From NCBI RefSeq assembly GCF_016433145.1, contig NC_058130.1:499839078-499903077 (forward strand): 64,000 nt of DNA, given 5' to 3'. The stretch is from Gracilinanus agilis (Eukaryota). Positions 44,320-56,200 of the stretch are shown here, piece by piece; position 1 is the first letter of the stretch, and every line of letters begins with the position of its first letter. The position numbers and the translations under genes are program-made. The notes under the pieces are model-generated. The model saw nothing but the letters and a program-made list of their open reading frames with translations, was not told the origin of the DNA and searched no databases.

Positions 44320-45610
44320 GGTGTTAAGCTTCAAGTCAGATTTTACATGCTCCTCTTTCACTCTCATCAAGAGATTTCTTAATTCTTTTTCACTTTCTGT
44401 CATAAAATGGTATCATCTGCATATTTGAGGTTGCTGATATTTCTACAAGCAAACATAATTCTGACTTTTGATTCATCCAGACTAGCATTTTATATCATGT
44501 ACTTTGCATGTAAGTAAAATAAATAAGATGACAATATACAGCCATCAAACTCTTCTTCCAATCTTCAACTAATTCTAGTTTGGTTCTAACTGTTACTTCT
44601 TGACCTGCATATAGATTTCTCAGAACACAGAAAGATGACATAGTCATCTTTGAGAATTGACCCATTTTTTATGATCCACACAAAAGACATTGCATCACTA
44701 CAATAAAACAAAAATAGATATTTTTTCTGGAACTCCCTTGCCTTCTCCATGATACAGTGAATGATGACAATTTAGTTCTCTAGTTCCTCTGCCTCTTTGA
44801 AAACCAGCCTTTTTTTCTGGTAGTTCTAGGTTCTCATATTGCTGAAGCCTAGCTTGCAGAATCTTAAGCACAAATTGGCTAATGTGTGAAATTAGTACAA
44901 TTGTTCATAGAACTGATTAACTGTAGACTCTTTAGTATCAATGTTCAAAGCACAGACTTGGATTTGCAGTGATATTGAATGGTTTGCCTTGGATTTGAAC
45001 AGATATAACTGTAATTTTTGAGATTATACCCCAATACTATTTTAATCACACTTTTATTGACTATGAGGGCTACTCTGTTTCTCCTAAGAGATTCTTGCTC
45101 ACAGTAATATATATGATGATCACCCGAATTAAATTAACCTATTTCCATATATTTAAGTTCAGTGTTACCCATGATGTTAATGCTTAATCTTTCTGTTTGA
45201 CCACATCCAGCTTACTTTAGTTCATACATATTACATTCCAAGTTCCTATGCAATATTGAGCTTTATAGCATCAAACTTTCCTTTCTTCACCATATACATC
45301 CACAACTGAGCTCCCTTTGACTTTTGTCCAACTATTTTTTAGTATTAGAGCTACTTTTAGGTGTTTTCCACTCTTCCTGAGGAATATGATGGACCTGAGA
45401 AGATTGTTGGCTGGGTTCTATCTTTTACCATTTTAATAATGTCCATGGTGTTTTCTTAGCAAAGATAATGAAGTGGTTTGACATTTCCTTCTCTAGAACT
45501 CCCCACTATGACTTGTCTATCTTGAGTAATCCTACATAGCAAAGCTCTTAACTTCACTGAGTTATGCAAGCCCTTCCACCATTAAAAGGTAGTGATCCAG
45601 AAGAGGAATT
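44320..45610 (-). mobile_element. BovB-like RTE LINE: 5' UTR, part of APE endonuclease and part of RT; internally deleted and 3'-truncated
   Basis: tttcactttctgtcataaaatggtatcatctgcatatttgaggttg (YADD region), gatattgaatggtttgccttgga, ccaagttcctatgcaatattg, and gtggtttgacatttccttctctag all match remembered BovB. Confidence 0.88.
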
Positions 45611-45649
45611 TGAGTCTAGTACTTTATATTTATCTATTTTTTTAACCTG

Positions 45650-46600
45650 TCTTTCTAGTCAACTGATACTTTTGCTATCTCTTCAACATTCACACCATCT
45701 GTGAATTCAAAAAGTATATAATCTAAGCTTTCATCTAGACCACTGATAAAAATGGTGACCAAAATAAGACCAAATAGAGCAGCTTTGAAAGCTACAGATT
45801 TTATTACATGATTTAAAAGAAAAGCAATCAGTAGATAACAGAGACCTGTAGCTTCAATCCTCTTCCCTTTTTCTTTTATTTTTTGATTGTTGTATGTTCT
45901 ACTATGCATAAATAAAGGCCCAATCTTTTTGGTATCTGTCAAGTTCAGAATAAACCTAAGTATTTATCAAAATGATGACCAATACACAACCATGGTCAGA
46001 TTTCTGGTCACATACTAGAAATGTCCTTCAATAATTCACATCAATCAATAACTATGCAGTAGCTCTGGAAATTTGTCAATTCTAAATACATCTAGCTAGA
46101 AGATGCATTGAGTTCATATACCCCTTGACCTTGTCCATAAGGAAAGCTTGAGAAGTCCTATAGTATGTTTTGTGCCAGTTTAAGTGTAATATCTTTAACA
46201 TATTTATCTGATTTACCAGTCTAATCACTTTGTCAAAGAAAGAAATGATATTAATATGACATAAGCTATTTTATAATTTTGTTGGTTCTTTGAGATCAAT
46301 GCTTTGCTTTCTACATGTTGACATACCTCTCCTTTAATAGTCAAAGTTCATAACTTAAAGTATGAAGACTCTACCCTCTTCTTTAAAAACAACAACAATC
46401 AGGGCACTACTTGTTCTTCAATCCTGTGGAACCTCTCATTTCCCATGTTTTTGTTTCAAATGATCACTGTGTAACAATCATATTTGCCAGATTTTATGTA
46501 TCCTAGGATATAGTTTTTCTAGATTTGATATCCTGAAATAATTAAGGTAGGTAGAAAAATATCTTTCTACTTACCTATCTTGGGTTTTAATACCCTAATA
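45650..46600 (-). mobile_element. CR1/L3 ORF2 RT fragment
   Basis: Minus LFGLILVTIFISGLDESLDYILFEFTDGVNVEEIA matches CR1 VLGPVLFNIFINDLD..LIKFADDTKLGGIA. Confidence 0.75.
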
Positions 46601-47869
46601 ACTAATTCTCTTCTATCCTTCCAATCCAAAGGGTTTGAACAAGACAACAATGAGTTGAATAGTTTAGCAATGTCTTCATTATCCATTATTATCACCCCAA
46701 CCAATCTTCAGTTCCTTTTATATTTTTTATTTTCTAAGTGCAATGGGTATCATTAACTCATCGAGTGAGAAGTATTAAAAGGAATTGCTAGCTGTCCATT
46801 TCATTTGGCAATATGATAACTAATACCATATCTTTATATGTTCAGATCTTTAAATAATCAACATTCCAACAGATTTGTGATCTCATCAATCATTTCCTTC
46901 TACAGTACAGACAAAATCCATCAATGCCTACTTAACCTGTGGGACTGGTACATATGTTTTCCCATAAGATTGCAAAGGGAACTCAATATTCTGAGAATGT
47001 TCCTTGCCTTCTGCTGACCTCATAAATAAAGTCAAATACTTGCTATTAATTAACTATGTCATATGATTATCCCATTTTTTTCTGACCAGAAACCTTCCTT
47101 ATAATATCTTTTACTACTATTCTTCAAAGTTCTTTGTGGTTAAATAAAAATAAGTCAAATCTTTACAATAATTTAATTACTCTGATTGTTATATAGATCT
47201 CTTTGAAAGTCTTTTTAGGCACCTAAGCTGTTAAGCATTAAATTATTACTTTGTTGCACTAAGGGGAGTCTTATTCATTTTAAATAATTAATAGTTTTGA
47301 AAAATGCCTACTATACCAACAAAGAAGCTACGTGTTCCAGCTTGTGTTCCAGTTCTATCCAAAATATGCTTCTTCAGTTCCCCTTATATGATATTTTGTT
47401 TCACTTCTTTGGTAAAAGCTGGCATTAAAAGCTGGTAAAAAACTTAGTACTAAAAAGATGGACATTTTCTTTTATAGTTAGATTGAAATCAATAAGGACA
47501 CTTTAAAATTTCCTGAAAAAACTCATTGCTCATATGTACTCTCCATCCTAGATGTACATACTGGTGAATGTTCATTAAAATGTATGTTTATATCTGTAAA
47601 AAAGACAGTCTTAATTCGCTTGTCTTTCCTGTATAGATGTAAAGGAAAAACTCCTTCGAGTGACTTCAGATCCCTTTCAGGAGGTGCTTGATGCAACCAA
47701 CATAAGGTGATCTGCAAACAAAAGGATCTAGAGGACTTTTATTTTCCATAGGGAATTCCTTCTTCAGGATAGACTCAGTGATGAAAGGTTGCCATCATAG
47801 TGAGAAGCAACTTTAATAAGTATACTTCTCCATGCTTTATGCCTTAATTAATGTTTATAATTAGTTACT

Positions 47870-48100
47870 AAGCATGGTTATTTCCTGTTGTTGCTTGATG
47901 GAATCTTGAATGATTTTGTTATATGGATGAAAGAAACCTTATTAGAAAATACTTTTTAAGTTGATATTTTTGCTGTACCAAATCAAATGTCTTTTCATAT
48001 TCAACAAATAATTTCCTACATCTTTCAGTCATTTTTTGTATAGTAATGTAGTATATTCCTGAATATTGCTTGTGAAAACCTACTTTTTTTTCTTTCTGTA
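47870..48100 (-). mobile_element. RTE LINE RT fragment (non-BovB lineage)
   Basis: Minus VGFHKQYS..MTERCR..LFVEYEKTFDLVQQ matches RTE AGFRK.YS..TERCREY..LFVDYKKAFDSVEQ. Confidence 0.75.
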
Positions 48101-48109
48101 CTCTCTTTG

Positions 48110-48830
48110 TGCATGTCCTAAATTTATGTAAAGAGGAGTACATACTCTTAGATTCAACAATACTATTAATAGATTGGTATCCCAAAGAGACAAAAATCAA
48201 AAAGGAGAATGACCTATACATACAAAAATATTTAAAGCAGTTCTTTATCTGGGAGCAAATAATTGGAAATTGATGAGGTATCTATCATTTGGGAAATGGC
48301 TGAATAAGTTATAATATATGAGTGTAATAGAATACTATTGTGCTCTAAGAAATGACAAGCAGGAGGAAATTGGAAGAACCTGGAAAGATTTATATGAACT
48401 GAGGCAGAGTGAAATAAGCAGAACCAGAAGAACATTGTACATAGTGACAGAATACTGTATAATGAACAACTGTGAATAAATTAGTTTTTCTCAGAATACA
48501 ATGATCCGAAACTATCCCGAAGGACTCGATAAAAAAAATTCTATCTGCTTCCAAAAAGAAAGAAGTGATAGGGTCTCAATCCAGATCAAAGAAAACTTTT
48601 TTTCATTTTCTTCCTTAATTTTTTATTTGAATTTCCTTCCACAAAAGTATTAATATGGAAAAATGTTATACATAATTGCCCATTTAAAATCTATATGACA
48701 TTACTTACAATCTCCATGAGGGAGTTGGTGGGGAAGGAGGGAATTAAAGAATTCAAGACTGAATATTCTTTGGAAAATGTTAGAAATTGTTTTTAAATAT
48801 ATTTAGGGAAAATAAAATTTAAATTTAAAA
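48110..48830 (+). mobile_element. 5'-truncated marsupial L1 (3' end)
   Basis: gtatcccaaagag..gggaaatggctgaataagtt..agcagaaccagaagaacattgtac..gggaaaataaaa. Confidence 0.9.
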
Positions 48831-49289
48831 AGGTAGTAGATGATATCTTGTGCTTGTAGTTGAGTAATACTCCCTACTACCACCTTCTAAGTTGTATCTC
48901 TGAGGATTACTTACTGGACTAATACTACTATTATGCTAGAATGTAATGGCTAGGACCTTACCTAGTTAAAGGTAGGAATCTGGCTCTTAGCAGCCATACT
49001 AGTCTGTCAAAAACCAGGTAGAGTGACTCTAGGTTAAGATTAAGATTTTTTTTTCAATCCTTAGGTCTACATCAAGATTATAGCAAGACAATTAAGCTGC
49101 TTAAGGTTTAGTATGTTAGCATGCAAATTATTGTGAACCAAAACAAAAAATAAGAGCAGGTCCTAACTTTCTACCCACTTGCCCATGTCAGCCTTAATTA
49201 TTATAACTGTTGTGAAACTCTTTTTCTTTGGGTAAAGTATTTTGGCCAGCAAAAAACAAAAACAAAAAACCTCATTTTCTCTCTTGATT

Positions 49290-49520
49290 GCTGTTGTTCA
49301 ATCATTTCAGTCATGTCCAACTGTATCTGTCCCCATTTGGAGTTTTCTTGGCAAAGATACTGAAATGGTTCAACATTTTCTTCCCCAACTCATTTTACAT
49401 GTGAGGAAGGCAAACCGAGTTAAGTGTCTTGTTAAGGTCAAACAGTATCTGAAGGCAGTTTTGTACTTAGGAAGATGAGTCTTGTTAATTCTAGGCCTGG
49501 CATTCTATCCACAACACCTT
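49290..49520 (-). mobile_element. Mar1 SINE
   Basis: gttgttcaatcatttcagtcatgtcc..ccccatttggagttttcttggcaaagatactg. Confidence 0.85.
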
Positions 49521-50446
49521 TATTCTTGATTGTTCACAACCAACTCCAGAATAGCAGTTTCCCTTGTAGGTTCTCCTACCTTTGAAGGATAAAATTATTA
49601 TTAAAGCAAGTCCCAGATCACCTGCTAATCTGCTTTGGGTAGAGTATTCTAACAAACATCTAGAGAGCTGAATTCCTCCAAAACTACCGTGTTTCTATGC
49701 CAACTTTATTTTCTATATTCCAAAGAAAAATTCTTCCTTTTTAACAGGTGTTCATAGTATAACTTGCAATATCCCTTCTCTTTTTCTCTTCATTACTTCT
49801 GATCCAAATTCTTTAAATAACATGCTTCCCCATTTAAGTTGCTTGATCTCTTCACATTAATATTTCTCCTTAGTATACAATTCTACTCCTCCATATCTGT
49901 TATTGATTCAATAAACAAAGAATCTCAAAAAAATCTCAGAAATTCCATTGAAATTCAATGATCTATTATTCAACACTATAAAAATGTATCAGTGATTATT
50001 TTCTAATAAGAATAGCATCTCTCTACTTTTACCAAATAAGCATAATATTTTAAAATTAAGTATCACTTTTGTTAAAAAAGAAAAAAATGGAGTTAGATAA
50101 AATATAAAACAATTAAATTGAGATATAAAGGAATTGACTTCGAATTCCAGCTTTCTACCTTATGGTCCCACTGTGACCTAAACAATGTATTTTCCCTTCT
50201 CCTGGTTCATGTAAAATGATGGAGTTATAGTAAATGATCTCAGCTATCCCTTCCATATCCTATAGTCTATGATATGTCATTACAAAGAAGGGTTATGCTC
50301 CATCATGATAAATGTCTTGTGCATCTGAAATATAAATTCAATTCAAAATAAAGCATCTCTAAGAAACCTTTGCTAAGCATTGTCATGGTATATATTTAGG
50401 ATTTCAAATATAAAATGGACAAATAATTTTAGGAATAAGTAACTTA

Positions 50447-50581
<135 letters not shown>

Positions 50582-50869
50582 CTAACAAAGAAATAAATGG
50601 AAAAAATTATTACTAATGAGAAAGCACAAACTGTCATACTTCAGTACATGAGAGGTCTAAAACTTAATTTTGTTACTCTGCTCACAAAGACACATCAAAT
50701 ATACTCTACAATTTACTAGATGATTTCTGCTCTTGGGACCAAATTGGTCTCTAGATAAGTGAGCTTTTTCCTTATCTTGGACAAATTCAGGCTTTTTTCT
50801 CACTTCTCAGACACGTCACGCCCACAGAACATTAGATTCAACCTCTAAAATTATATTTATGAGCTTTGA

Positions 50870-51350
50870 TCTCATTGTGGCCAACCTAGGCCCCTACTTC
50901 ACTTCCTACTCATCTCCAAATAGGTACTCTTCCTACATCCTTTAGAGTTCTGCTTTATTTATAGAGTTCTCCCATTAGAATGTAAGCTCCTCTTCGATGG
51001 CAGGGACTGAATTTTTTGCTCATATTTGTATCTCTGTGGGAAACTATGCAGTGAAGTAGATAGTGCCAGTCATACAGTCAGCAAGATTCATCTTCCTGAG
51101 TTCAAATCTGACCTCAGAAAATTATTAGTTGTGCAGCTCTGGGCAAGTCATTTAACTTGTTTGCTTCAGTTTCCTCATCTATAAAATGAATTGGAGAAGG
51201 AAATGGCAAAAGACTCCTAAATTTTTATGCCAAGGAAAAACTCAAATGGGGTCATGAAGAATCAAATATAAGTAAAAAAATCAAACAACTACAACATATG
51301 CATTTAACATGGTATCTACAACATAGTAAGTTCTAAATAAATGTTCTATC
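50870..51350 (+). mobile_element. L2 3' end split by a Mar1 SINE (about 51038-51295)
   Basis: cccattagaatgtaagctcc..tttgtatctct | Mar1 | acatagtaagttctaaataaatg. Confidence 0.8.
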
Positions 51351-51532
51351 ATCTCTCTAGCTGTGTTTATCTCAATCTAAAGGATGGCCATAGGTTGATG
51401 ATATTTCACTGTTTATCTAGCTACCCTTATTTTTCCATATCTTTCTCTCTTTATCTAGTGATAGAATAATTTGTTTAGCCATTTATTAAAGGTTATATAT
51501 CAACTGATAAAGATATATACATAAAAGATATG

Positions 51533-51573
<41 letters not shown>
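51533..51573. repeat. (TAGA)10 tetranucleotide microsatellite
   Basis: Perfect tagatagataga run of 41 nt. Confidence 0.97.
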
Positions 51574-51889
51574 GTTAATAGAGTAGCTAGCTGAATTCTC
51601 CCCCCCCAAAAAAATCATCAAATACTGATGAACACAAATTTACAGATGTATAAAAACTTCCATTTAAAGTCTATGCCGAAAATTTATCATTAAGTTCCTA
51701 AGCCTTTGGTATCTATTCTTTTCCCCTCCTCCTACTAAATTTTGCATATACTTATGACTCAGCAATATATAGCACTACTAGGCTTCTAAAAAGAACAAGG
51801 AAGAAGAAAATAATTTAAATATAAAAAAAATTAAAATATAATTAAAGCAGCTTTTATGGCAAAGGAAAAGTAACTAAGCAAATGATTTT

Positions 51890-52260
51890 ATATTGGTGAC
51901 TAGCTAAAATTGTGATATATGAATATAATACAATTTTTCTGAAGAAAGAGAAATAATAAAACTAGAAATAAATACTTGAGAACTACAGTCGATGCAATAA
52001 TCAACTATGATTTCAGAGAATGCATACCACCCAACTCCTGACAGAGGGGTGAAGTATTTAAAATGCTGAATGAAACAAACAATTTTGAGCATCGCCAAAG
52101 AAGGAATTTGATTTTAAATTTTAAGCATCATATACTTATAACGAGGGCTTAATTTTTGTTTTCTTGTTTTTTTGTTGTTGTTGTTTAATCAGCATGAAGG
52201 GGAAGGTAAAATTCTTAAGTGAAAAAGTGATTATTTTTTAAAATAAGGCAATAACTCTAG
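51890..52260 (+). mobile_element. Old L1 3' UTR fragment
   Basis: aatcaactatgatttcagaga..cacccaactcctgacagag..gccaaagaaggaatttg. Confidence 0.7.
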
Positions 52261-52724
52261 CATGACAATTATTACCCTAGGTATTAATAATACCTTACAT
52301 TTATATAGACTAAAACAACTAATGGAGAATTAATTAGGCTATAGAGAAGTTACCCTGAGTATTTCAGGATATGTTATGAGGCTCTCCTAGAATAAAATGG
52401 CCTCTAAAAACAGTTTATTCTAGTCTTGTGAAAGTATTTAAGTTTAGTTTTAGAAAATGTTTCCCTAATAGTTACATTTAGGAATTCTAAGCACCCCAAT
52501 AGATTTGTAGAAGACAGAGGAGATGCAACAGCTGAATAAAAGGAAGCTATTCTCTGCTGCCCAGACTTATTTATTCTTCCTTTTATTCATTCTACTAGTC
52601 TCAATTTGGATAAATATATAAATAAGCTTTTTTTACTATCCTTACAATCAGCATTCTCACTTCATTCTGAGTTTTAGTAATCCTATCAATATTCTTGGAA
52701 AAATTATGTGACTTTTCTGTGTTC

Positions 52725-53096
52725 TTTTTTTGTTTTTTATTTTATTTTTTTATTTTTAGAAAAATTTTCCATGTTTCCATGATTCATGTTTTTACTTTCC
52801 CCTTCACCCCCTCAAACTCCTCCCACCCCATAACTAACGCACTTTTCCACTGGGTTTAACCTGTGTCATCAATCATGACTTATTTACATATTATTATTGA
52901 TAGTTGCATTGGTGTGGTCCTTTCAGGTCTACATCCCCAATCATGTCCTCATCCACCCAAGTGTTCAAGCAATTGTTCTTCTTCTGTGTTTCCTCTCCTG
53001 TGGTTCTTCCTATGAATGTGGGTAGCCTTCAGAATTGTCCTGGGTCATTGCATTGCTACTAGTACAGAAGTCTATTATATTCAATTTTACCACAGT
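52725..53096 (-). mobile_element. 5'-truncated opossum L1 3' end, same 3' UTR type as the L1 at 1-2785, sense to PREX2
   Basis: Poly-T at 52725, agaaaaattttccatg..ttccactgggtttaac..gtgttcaagcaattg..ttaccacagt. Confidence 0.93.
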
Positions 53097-54839
53097 ATTC
53101 TTCTTGATTGCTCATTCCATCTTCATTACACTTCTTTCTTCATCTAGGTTCATCACTAAGCCCCTTGTGCAAACAAGCCAAATGCTCCCCTTACATCTAT
53201 TGGTAACACAATTTTACAGATGAGGAAATTGAAGATCTGAAGTTTAAACAATTTACCCTTGATCACATAGTAACTGTCGGAAGTAGGCTGTGAATCTGGA
53301 TTGTCTTGACTCTCTAGGGTTAGCATGCTTTCTATAATACCACATATGAATAAATTATTTCCTTGGGAGTTGAGTTTTTTGAAATTCGCTTTAACTCCTT
53401 CACAATCCTAGAATAAACTGACCACTTTCAGATGGGCCATTTTATTCCATAAGAGCCTCATAACATATCCTGAGATACTCAGTATATCTTCCCTATTGCC
53501 TAATTAATTCTCCATTAGTTGTTTATAAAGCCAGAGCAACTGGCTCACAATGTTCAGATTTGTCTATAAAATATAATCCTAATAGTACTGCTTAGAACAT
53601 TTTCATTCATTCAGTGTTTACATTTTAGGCCACACAGATTTTAAGTGTACCTTTGATTCACTAGAATTTATTCATTTTTTTCATGAGTTTAGCAGGAGGA
53701 AATCATTAAAAATGTGAAACCACAGACCTATAAAAAAAACTATACATTTTAAGCTACATTTGGTTAGTACAGATACCCCATCATGAGTGCTGCAGGCCAA
53801 GATATACTCATGTGATAGTTCCCACTTTAAACATGCCCCCACTTTTCACTCAATAAATGCTTTTTTAAACAGTGTTCCAGCAGTATTTGTCTCAGTTTGA
53901 TGATAGAAGCCACATGTGGCAGTTCACATCCTGAATATTACTTAGACATTTTATTTTTACTAAGTTGGAGAGCTAGATGTCATAAGGAAACCTTTGGCTC
54001 TTCCTTCCATGCAGCTGGAGAGGGGCTAATCAGGGTCAGACTAAGGAGTTTACAATCCGCACAGAAGTCACAGTGGAAGACACAAAGAAAGACAGCAATG
54101 AAGGAATCAAGATCAAGGCCTTAGAACAGGATCAGGAGCACCAAAGTCTACACATTAAGAATGTCAGTCAGAAGAGTGAATCTATGACAAAAACTGGAAG
54201 GGACAATCAAGCACACTAGCAGGATTGCAAATGAAGAGAAAAAACACTGCAGCAGCCAAATTCCTTTATTGGCACAACCACATTGGTCCTGTTAGGCTAC
54301 TGACTTACTCAGCCCCAATATTAAGATGTGATTTTTTAAAAAATTATCAATCACATATCACATGTCAAATTGCAAATACAAGCCAGATTACCTTCAACTG
54401 AAATTCAGCAATTAGTACATACACTAAATGTAGTTTTGCCAGATTTACCATACCTAAGTATATTTTAATGACTGAAAAGAAAGAATAATTAAAGCTCCCT
54501 GATATTTCTATATTTAGCAAAATAGTACCACCTTTTTGCTTTATGAAAGTACTATACATGAAGCTAAATATATTTTTCCTAATAGATTTTTCAAATGAGT
54601 TTTAAAAATATTTCAATTTAATAATATTTTAAAATATTTGTCACCTAACAGACTAAACATTATTTTTTATAAGAAATTTCTTTGCCTTTCTATTACTAGG
54701 ACTTTAAAGAACAACACACATGTATTTAATTAAATTAGCCATAAGTACTATATGGCAAGGATTCTTGATTTGTTCTGTCATAGAATATTTTTGCATTCTG
54801 GCAAAGTTTATAGAGTGCTTCTGATAATGTTTTAAAATG

Positions 54840-55345
54840 CTGATCAATCAACAAACAATTATTAAGCATCTATTCTAAGTCAGGTACAGTGATAAAAAAA
54901 ATTCCCTGCCCTCCAGCTTGAAATGTAGTGAGGATACAACAAGCAAATAAATAGGTACAAACAAACTATATATAGGATAAATAGAAAATAATTAAAAGAG
55001 GGAAGGAACTGGAATTAAGATAAGTTGGGAAAGGCTTCCTATAGAGATGAGATTTTAGTTGGGAGTTGAAAGAACCCAGGGAAACCAGAAAGTAGAGAGC
55101 TAGAGGGAGAGCATTCTAGCATGGGAGACAAGTAGAGAAATGTTCAAAGCTGAAAGATGGAGTGTCTTGTTTGTGGATCAGCCAGGAGGCCAGTGTAACT
55201 AGATAAAAGAGTAAGATTTAATAATATTGGAAAGAGCTGGGAAGAAGGGAGGACAGATTATAAGGAACTTTTAATATCAAATAGAGGATCTTAGATGTGA
55301 TAAGTAGCTCTTAGAGTTTATTAAGGGAGAAGGGTGACTTAATGG
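54840..55345 (-). mobile_element. L2 fragment
   Basis: attattaagcatctattctaagtcagg..gggaaggaactggaattaaga..gatggagtgtcttg. Confidence 0.8.
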
Positions 55346-55349
55346 AGCC

Positions 55350-55470
55350 TACGTAAATAATGCATAAAATAAAATGCAGAGAATTACAAAGAAAACTAAT
55401 TATAGTAAAATATATTTATCAAAAGAATTATTTTTAAAAATTCATCAACTCCAGGTAAAGAACCTCTGAA
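55350..55470. mobile_element. hAT-Charlie (MER5/Charlie1-like) MITE half
   Basis: aataaaatgcagagaattacaaagaaaactaattat..ccaggtaaagaacctctg terminus. Confidence 0.55.
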
Positions 55471-55937
55471 AAGGCCTAACTGGACACTGGAATAGCTTGT
55501 TGTAGAATTATGCAAATTATACAAGAAACTCAAACATAAGCAACTATTCAATGAAATATTGCAGTGTTGGAGACTTCTCTGTGAGTATTAAGAACTGAAA
55601 TATTTACAAAAAGATGGGAGCAGGCTTTACATTAATTATGGCCTACAAATCTGTCCCTGCATATAAATATTCAATATAGTTATTTAAAATATCCTATCTC
55701 TGATAAATATGATTCATAGATTTCCTATCTGTTAATTTTAAATAATTCACTTTTTCAAAGGAGTGATTTATGTTTTTAAATATATTTTGCACCTGAAATT
55801 ATAGTCATTAGGTAAAAATTAGAGCCTGACTGCTGACAACTTAGAGTGAATTACCACATTGACCTATGCCAGAAGAAAATATTATAAAACTTAAGTTTGA
55901 AATTTGCTAAACTATAGTTTTTCTAAATCTATACCTT

Positions 55938-56119
55938 CTGGGGCAACTGGGTAGCTCAGTGGATTGAAAGCCAGGTCTAGAGACGGGGTCCTAGGTTCAA
56001 ATCTAGGCTCAGACACTTCCCACCTATGTGACCCTGGGCAAGTCACTTACCCCCACATTGCCTAGTCCTTACTACTCTTCTGCCTTCTGAAGGTAAGGGT
56101 TTAAAATAATTTTTTTAAA
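55938..56119 (+). mobile_element. Opossum SINE1 with perfect 14-bp TSD and a short 3' internal deletion
   Basis: TSD taaatctatacctt at 55924-55937 and 56120-56133; A box gtagctcagtgg, B box ggttcaaatct. Confidence 0.94.
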
Positions 56120-56150
56120 TAAATCTATACCTTGGTGGGAGGGAGAGAAA

Positions 56151-56200
56151 AAGGAAGGAAGGAAGGAAGGAAGGAAGGAAGGAAGGAAGGAAGGAAGGAA
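56151..56200. repeat. (AAGG)12 microsatellite
   Basis: Perfect 50-nt run. Confidence 0.97.
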
